Under the pieces are notes generated by a model. That model saw only the letters and a list, made by a program, of their open reading frames with translations, made no database searches and was not told the DNA's origin. From Synechococcus elongatus PCC 6301 (GTDB lineage: Bacteria; Cyanobacteriota; Cyanobacteriia; Synechococcales; Synechococcaceae): 32,000 bases of DNA. Within the stretch, counting starts at the first letter, position 1; every line of letters begins with the position of its first letter. Below are positions 26,818 through 32,000 of the stretch, in pieces. The stretch is from the NCBI RefSeq assembly GCF_000010065.1, contig NC_006576.1:180001-212000 (forward strand), written 5' to 3'. The translations under genes were made by a program, and so were the position numbers.

Positions 26818-27513
26818 ATGCAAGTTAAATCAGGGCGATCGCTCTCTTCACTACAACGAAAACTCCAGAAAGTTAGTCTTTTCAGTGCACCAGTTTTACT
26901 GCTTCTCTCGATAGCATCACCTGCTTTTGCTCATCATGCTATGGGCGGACAAACACCCACCAGTATTTTTGAAGGATTACTATCGGGATTAGCCCACCCT
27001 ATCATCGGCGTTGATCACTTCGCATTTGTGATTGCTGTTGGTTTGCTGGCATCTGTAACTCGTCAAGGTTTTCTCAGTATTTTTGCCTTTGTGATCGCTG
27101 CTCTAATTGGGACAGGATTGCACCTCGCTAATCTCAATTTGCCTGGGGCTGAGCTGCTGATCTCTGGCTCAATTCTGATTTTTGGTTGCTTGCTGGCTCG
27201 CAAAAAAGCGTTGCCAGTTGCCGCGATTGCAGGGCTAGCCGCAATCGCGGGGCTTTTCCATGGCTATGCCTACGGTGAAGCGATTATTGGCGCTGGCATG
27301 CCGCCCCTGTTTGCCTATCTAGTTGGCTTTACCCTGACGCAACTCGTGATTGCTATTTCGGCTTGGGCAGTGGGATGTACCTTGATTCGGCAACAATCTG
27401 CAACCGAAAGCCTGACTGCACCTTTGAAAACAAGTGGTCTAGTGCTGGTTGGAATTGGTCTTGCCTTCCTAACTTCTGAGCTAATCAATCTGGTCTTGCC
27501 AGCAGTCGCTTAG
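26818..27513 (+). CDS. hupE: HupE/UreJ family metal (probably cobalt) transporter
   Basis: Signal peptide ending AFAHH, HupE/UreJ signature HPIIGVDHFAFVIAVG, and a polytopic glycine-rich membrane protein. The upstream B12 riboswitch argues for cobalt rather than nickel. Confidence 0.85.
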   Translation: MQVKSGRSLSSLQRKLQKVSLFSAPVLLLLSIASPAFAHHAMGGQTPTSIFEGLLSGLAHPIIGVDHFAFVIAVGLLASVTRQGFLSIFAFVIAALIGTGLHLANLNLPGAELLISGSILIFGCLLARKKALPVAAIAGLAAIAGLFHGYAYGEAIIGAGMPPLFAYLVGFTLTQLVIAISAWAVGCTLIRQQSATESLTAPLKTSGLVLVGIGLAFLTSELINLVLPAVA

Positions 27514-27549
27514 GGGCATGCGATTGATCACAATGGATCCCTAAAGTCA

Positions 27550-27572
27550 GGGGAGAGAAATCTCCCCTTTTT
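27550..27572 (+). terminator. Rho-independent terminator of hupE
   Basis: GGGGAGA-GAAA-TCTCCCC (27550-27567) followed by TTTTT. Confidence 0.8.
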
Positions 27573-27667
27573 CAATGCCTAGAGTCTGCGATCGTGCAAT
27601 CCCTCGAGACTCAAAATAGTCCGAGCTAGATTGCTCCTAGCCTTAATTGTGACTGACCCTAGCCAAC

Positions 27668-30600
27668 TCAAGCACTAAAGTATTTCGCAGCCGGATGGTA
27701 GGCAACGATTGCAGTGGTTGATTGTTCTGGATAGAGTTGTTCACTCTCATCCATACTCATGCCAATGCGATCGGCTTCTAGAAGCTCCAACTGAATCCGC
27801 GAATCAGCAACATTGGGGCAAGCAGGATAACCAAAGCTATAGCGACTGCCTTGATAACGTTGCGCCAAGATGTCGCGCAAACTTTCGGGTTCTAGTGAAC
27901 CATAGCCCAATTCGCGCCGGATGCGAGCGTGAGTCCACTCGGCCAACGCTTCGGCAAGCTGCACTGCCAAACCATGGAAATAGAGATAGTCGCTATATTG
28001 ATCGCCTGCAAACAGTTGGGCTGCAAATTCTGTTGCCTTATGGCCAACCGTGACTGCTTGCATCGGGAAGACATCCTGAATGCCAAGCTCTTCTGGTGCG
28101 AAGAAATCAGCAATACAGAGTCGCCGCAAACTCCGTTGACGGGGGAAATCGAAACGAGCGGTTGGGCGATCGCGATCGTTGGGGTCAAACAACTGCAGAC
28201 TATTTCCAACTGCAACGCAAGGGAAATAGCCATATACGACCTGCGGTTCTAGCAGATCTTCTGCCAGAATTCGGGTCGTCCATTGCTGGAGAATCGGTTC
28301 TACTTTTTCCGCAATAAAAGCATCGTATTCTTCGCGACTTTGCTCTTTCGGCTTTCGGAATTGCCATTGACCTACAAACAGGGCTTGGCGATCGAGATAG
28401 CTAAAGACCTCGGCAAAGGGAATTTCGTCAGGACCGAGGATTTTTGATCCCCAGAACGGTGGTGTGGGGCGATCGATATCAACTGCAACGGCTTCCGATC
28501 GCTCTAAATCAATTACAACTTCTGCTACAGACTCTCTCGATTCTGTTGGCTCAGCCGCTTCAGAGGCGATCGCGGCGACCTGCAAAGGCTGTCCCTGCTC
28601 ATCCAAGAAGCCCAATTGGTCATCCCATTGATCCTTGGACTTAGCCGCCATGAGCTGATCCATGAAATGAAGATCAGCGAAAGCATCTTTGCCATAGATA
28701 ACTTGACCTTTGTAGGTCTGTTGGCAGTCTTCATAGACAAATTTGGGTGTTAGAGCCGCGCCTCCTAAAATGACTGGGACTGAAATACCCTCCTCATTGA
28801 AGGTAGCTAAGTTTTCCTTCATAAAAGCAGTAGACTTCACCAGTAGCCCGCTCATGGCAATACAGTCTGCGTTGCAGTCTCGATAGGCTTGAATGATGTT
28901 TTCTACCGGTTGCTTAATACCAATATTGACAACCTTATAGCCATTGTTCGTCAGAATAATATCGACTAAGTTTTTACCAATATCATGAACATCACCTTTG
29001 ACTGTTGCAATTAGGAACGTGCCTTTGCCCGAGTCATTGGTTTCCTCTTTATCCATGAAGGGCTCAAGGTAAGCCACAGCAGACTTCATGGTTTCAGCCG
29101 ATTGCAGCACAAAGGGTAACTGCATTTGGCCACTACCAAAGAGATCACCAACGACCTTCATGCCATCCAACAAGAAGGTATTGATAATTTCTAGCGGTGG
29201 ATACTGCTCAAGTGCCGTCGCTAATGCTTGATCTAAGCCAATCCGTTCGCCGTCGATGATGTGTTGTTTTAGTCGTTCTTCTAATGGCAAATCAGCCAGC
29301 GAAGGCCCACTGGCCCGAGCTTCTTTGGCACTGACTCCTTCAAATAGGGTTGTCAGCTCTGTCAGGGGATCGTAGACGCAAATACCATTTTCAAAGCGCC
29401 GGCGATCGCCTATCAAATCACGACAGACTTGTAATGGCTTTTCATCAATCTTACTGAGCGGCAGAATCTTCGCGGCGCTGACGATCGCACCATCCATTCC
29501 TGCTTCGCAGGCATCGTGAAGGAAAACTGAATTGAGGACAATTCGTGCCGCTGGATTGAGACCAAAGCTGATGTTAGAAACGCCCAGCAAGATATGCACA
29601 CCGGGCAAATTTTCCCGAATCAAACGAATGGATTCGATCGTCTCGCGACCATTACCGCGATCTTCTTCAATCCCTGTCGAGATTGGTAAAGCGAGCGGAT
29701 CATAGAAGATTTCATGCGCCGGAATACCAAACTCTAGAGCATCTCGATAAGCCCGCTGGGCGATCGCAAACTTCTTCTCAGCCGTTCGCGCCATCCCTTC
29801 TTCATCAATCGTGCCGACGACAATCCCAGCCCCATACTGTTTGGCAAGTTCCAGCACTTTAAAGAAGCGCTCATCGCCATCCTCATAGTTAGTAGAGTTA
29901 AGAATGCATTTCCCGCCCGCCTTCTTTAGGCCAGCCTCCATTTTTTGCCACTCGGTCGAGTCGAGCATCAGCGGCAAATTAACGTTGGTAACCAACCGCG
30001 ATACCAACTCGCCCATATCGCGCTCGCCATCGCGACCGACGTAATCGACGTTGACGTCAAGAACGTGCGCCCCTTCCTTGACTTGGCTGCGGGCGATCGC
30101 AACCAGTCCATCCCAATCCTCTTCGTTCAACAGTTCCCGTACTTTTTTAGAACCACTAGCGTTGAGTCGCTCACCAATGATCAGGAAAGAGTTGTCTTGA
30201 ATGTAGGGCGTAGTGCCGTAGATCGAAGCCGCCGAAGGAACGTAGTTAAACGGTTGCCGTTGTTGATGGTCACGATCGCGGCGAACTGGACGATCTTTCG
30301 CTTGTAATTGCGTTGCAACTTCCGCCAATTGGGCGATGTGTTCTGGTTTTGTACCGCAGCAACCGCCAATCACTTGCACGCCTAAATCTTCGACAAAGCG
30401 ATGCAGCGCCATCCGCAGCTCCATCGGTGTGAGGCGATAGTGCGCATGGCCGCCCACGTTCTCGGGAATGCCAGCGTTGGGAATGCAGCTGATCACGAAC
30501 GGCGAATGTTCGCTCAGGTATTTGATGTGCTCCACCATGCGATCGGGGCCGGTGGCGCAGTTTAGCCCCAAGATATCGATCGGATAGGGTTCCAGAATCG

Positions 30601-31240
30601 CCAGCATTGCGGCTACATCCGAGCCAACCAGCATGGTGCCGGTCGTTTCCATCGTCACCGAGACCATCAACGGTCGGCGATCGCCCTTTTCCGAAAAGAT
30701 TTCTGCAATCCCGTTCAGTGCCGCTTTAATTTGCAGCACGTCTTGACAGGTTTCAACAATAAAGAGATCAACGCCGCCTTCCCATAGACCTCGCGCCTGC
30801 TCAGCAAAAGAGGCTTTCATCTCGTCGTAGCCGATATGTCCCAAGGTCGGCAGCTTGGTCGTTGGCCCCATCGACCCAGCCACAAAGCGCGGTTTCTCTG
30901 GCGTCGAAAATTCCGCCGCGATCGCCTTAGCGAGCTTGGCCGCTTCCACATTCAGGGCGTAGGCGTGATCTTCCAGTCCATATTCCGCCAGAACAATCGT
31001 AGTTGCCCCAAAGGTGTCAGTCTCGATGACATCTGCGCCCGCTTCCAGAAACTGGCGATGTACCGTCGCGATTGCCTCTGGTTTGGTGCGAATCAGCCAC
31101 TCATTACAGCCCTCGGTTTCCGGGCCCCCGAAATCCTCAGCGGTCAAATTCTGAAACTGCAACGTCGTTCCCATGCCGCCATCAAAAACCAGCACGGGCC
31201 GCTCAGGGCTATGCAGACGGTCGAGGAAGAGGCTTTGCAT
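27668..31240 (-). CDS. metH: Cobalamin-dependent methionine synthase
   Basis: Homocysteine-binding domain ([16 protein letters not shown]), pterin-binding domain, B12-binding motif GDVHDIGKN, and a C-terminal reactivation domain. I use the ATG at 31240 ([25 protein letters not shown]); the track start at 31321 is a GTG that adds 27 atypical residues. Confidence 0.95.
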   Translation of the reverse strand: MQSLFLDRLHSPERPVLVFDGGMGTTLQFQNLTAEDFGGPETEGCNEWLIRTKPEAIATVHRQFLEAGADVIETDTFGATTIVLAEYGLEDHAYALNVEAAKLAKAIAAEFSTPEKPRFVAGSMGPTTKLPTLGHIGYDEMKASFAEQARGLWEGGVDLFIVETCQDVLQIKAALNGIAEIFSEKGDRRPLMVSVTMETTGTMLVGSDVAAMLAILEPYPIDILGLNCATGPDRMVEHIKYLSEHSPFVISCIPNAGIPENVGGHAHYRLTPMELRMALHRFVEDLGVQVIGGCCGTKPEHIAQLAEVATQLQAKDRPVRRDRDHQQRQPFNYVPSAASIYGTTPYIQDNSFLIIGERLNASGSKKVRELLNEEDWDGLVAIARSQVKEGAHVLDVNVDYVGRDGERDMGELVSRLVTNVNLPLMLDSTEWQKMEAGLKKAGGKCILNSTNYEDGDERFFKVLELAKQYGAGIVVGTIDEEGMARTAEKKFAIAQRAYRDALEFGIPAHEIFYDPLALPISTGIEEDRGNGRETIESIRLIRENLPGVHILLGVSNISFGLNPAARIVLNSVFLHDACEAGMDGAIVSAAKILPLSKIDEKPLQVCRDLIGDRRRFENGICVYDPLTELTTLFEGVSAKEARASGPSLADLPLEERLKQHIIDGERIGLDQALATALEQYPPLEIINTFLLDGMKVVGDLFGSGQMQLPFVLQSAETMKSAVAYLEPFMDKEETNDSGKGTFLIATVKGDVHDIGKNLVDIILTNNGYKVVNIGIKQPVENIIQAYRDCNADCIAMSGLLVKSTAFMKENLATFNEEGISVPVILGGAALTPKFVYEDCQQTYKGQVIYGKDAFADLHFMDQLMAAKSKDQWDDQLGFLDEQGQPLQVAAIASEAAEPTESRESVAEVVIDLERSEAVAVDIDRPTPPFWGSKILGPDEIPFAEVFSYLDRQALFVGQWQFRKPKEQSREEYDAFIAEKVEPILQQWTTRILAEDLLEPQVVYGYFPCVAVGNSLQLFDPNDRDRPTARFDFPRQRSLRRLCIADFFAPEELGIQDVFPMQAVTVGHKATEFAAQLFAGDQYSDYLYFHGLAVQLAEALAEWTHARIRRELGYGSLEPESLRDILAQRYQGSRYSFGYPACPNVADSRIQLELLEADRIGMSMDESEQLYPEQSTTAIVAYHPAAKYFSA

Positions 31241-31431
31241 GGTCAGAGTGCAATGGGAAGCAATCTTTTCCAGTGTACGGAGGATTGTCAGTCTTCCTGA
31301 GTTGGGGCAAGCGCCATGCACTGAATGGCTCTGCGATCGCCCCAGCAGCAGTGCCCGCGTTACACCTTGTGAAAAACTGGCAGCCCCGCGATCGCCACCG
31401 TCAGAATAGGTCGGCCTCCAGACTGACTGTC

Positions 31432-32000
31432 ATGGGTTCCCGCCGCAACAATCATCGACACCCTCGCAAGACCAAGCGCCAGAATTTTCGCCACCGCCTG
31501 ACCAGTACGGTCTACCAAGCCCCAGGAACCTTGCGACAGCCACTCGAGGCCAGTCCAACTCAACTGCGGCAGATTGAGTACAGCGCCAACCAGATCGTTA
31601 GCCGCCCGATCTCGGATCCCTTGGACTTGGTTTCTGCGCGGATGGGGGAAACGGGCACCACTTGGTTACAGATGCAAGGCTTCTCGGATTTGGAACAGTT
31701 GCGGAGTTTGGGGGAGGTGCTGGAGCTGAATCCACTCACTCTTGAGGACCTGATTGGTCATCCCCAGCGGCCCAAGCAGGAACGCTATCCCCATTACCTA
31801 GAGGTGATTTTTTATCGACCTGACCTGCAGCCTGGCGATCGCCTCCGCCTCGAACAGGTGGGGCTCGTTCTGGGCGATCGCTGGCTCCTCACGGTGGAAG
31901 CAGACGAAATTGGCCCCAATTTCTCTGGTTTGGAACAGCGGCTGGCCAATCGAACGGCTTACCCCAGACTGGAAGCGGATACTTTGGCCTACCTCGCGAT
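31432..32000 (+). CDS. corA: CorA-family Mg2+/Co2+ transporter, N-terminal cytoplasmic domain only (3'-truncated by the window edge)
   Basis: Not in the ORF track because no stop is reached. The frame is open from the ATG at 31432 to the end of the window. APGTL, IEYSANQ, WLQMQG and LNPLTLEDLIGHPQRPKQERYPHYLEVIFY match the CorA N-domain pattern (hPLxlEDi...QRPK). The GMN motif would lie beyond the window. Confidence 0.65.
   Translation, partial: MGSRRNNHRHPRKTKRQNFRHRLTSTVYQAPGTLRQPLEASPTQLRQIEYSANQIVSRPISDPLDLVSARMGETGTTWLQMQGFSDLEQLRSLGEVLELNPLTLEDLIGHPQRPKQERYPHYLEVIFYRPDLQPGDRLRLEQVGLVLGDRWLLTVEADEIGPNFSGLEQRLANRTAYPRLEADTLAYLA

Noticed and set aside
28650-29550. Lower-GC segment in the middle of metH (about 32-48% in hand-counted lines, against 55-63% at both ends)
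   Set aside because: The protein is colinear and canonical throughout. The variation is moderate and could reflect domain-specific amino-acid composition. It needs a proper sliding-window and recombination analysis before any claim.
31241-31321. 27-codon N-terminal extension of metH from the GTG at 31321, and similar non-ATG extensions at 4692, 7965, 7995 and 9198
   Set aside because: Homologue N-termini fit the downstream ATGs. The extensions begin at alternative start codons and add atypical sequence.
31360-31563. 67-aa minus-strand ORF, and the 31173-31409 plus-strand ORF, in the metH-corA spacer
   Set aside because: The first overlaps the better-supported CorA N-terminus on the other strand. 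The second is antisense to the metH 5' end. Neither has motifs.

Overview
This is cyanobacterial chromosomal backbone, very probably Synechococcus elongatus (PCC 7942/6301 lineage; organism and locus names are from memory, not a search). The HIP1 palindrome GCGATCGC is scattered throughout. A form-II D1 gene (psbA, Glu130) sits next to the alpha-carbonic anhydrase ecaA, and ppa, accC, rel/spoT and metH are also present. I call 22 protein-coding loci, two of them disrupted. I also call one tRNA-Leu(GAG), one cobalamin riboswitch in front of a HupE/UreJ gene, five intrinsic terminators and two sigma70-type promoters. Several starts were moved from the alternative-start codons used by the ORF track to better supported ATGs. 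I saw no transposase, integrase, phage, CRISPR or recognisable defence genes, and no convincing new multi-gene system. The items most worth a second look are: (1) a single in-frame TGA splitting a MASE1-PAS-GGDEF-EAL gene; (2) a one-base frameshift in a C5 run splitting the neighbouring ABC-F ATPase; (3) the low-GC patch covering that c-di-GMP gene and its 430-bp upstream spacer; (4) a tandemly duplicated CobA/CobO adenosyltransferase; (5) an RluA pseudouridine synthase fused to a roughly 330-aa Cys-bearing N-terminal module interrupted by a coiled coil; (6) a three-cysteine LarE-type sulfur transferase overlapping ecaA; (7) a cobalt/cobalamin neighbourhood (B12 riboswitch-hupE, metH, corA).
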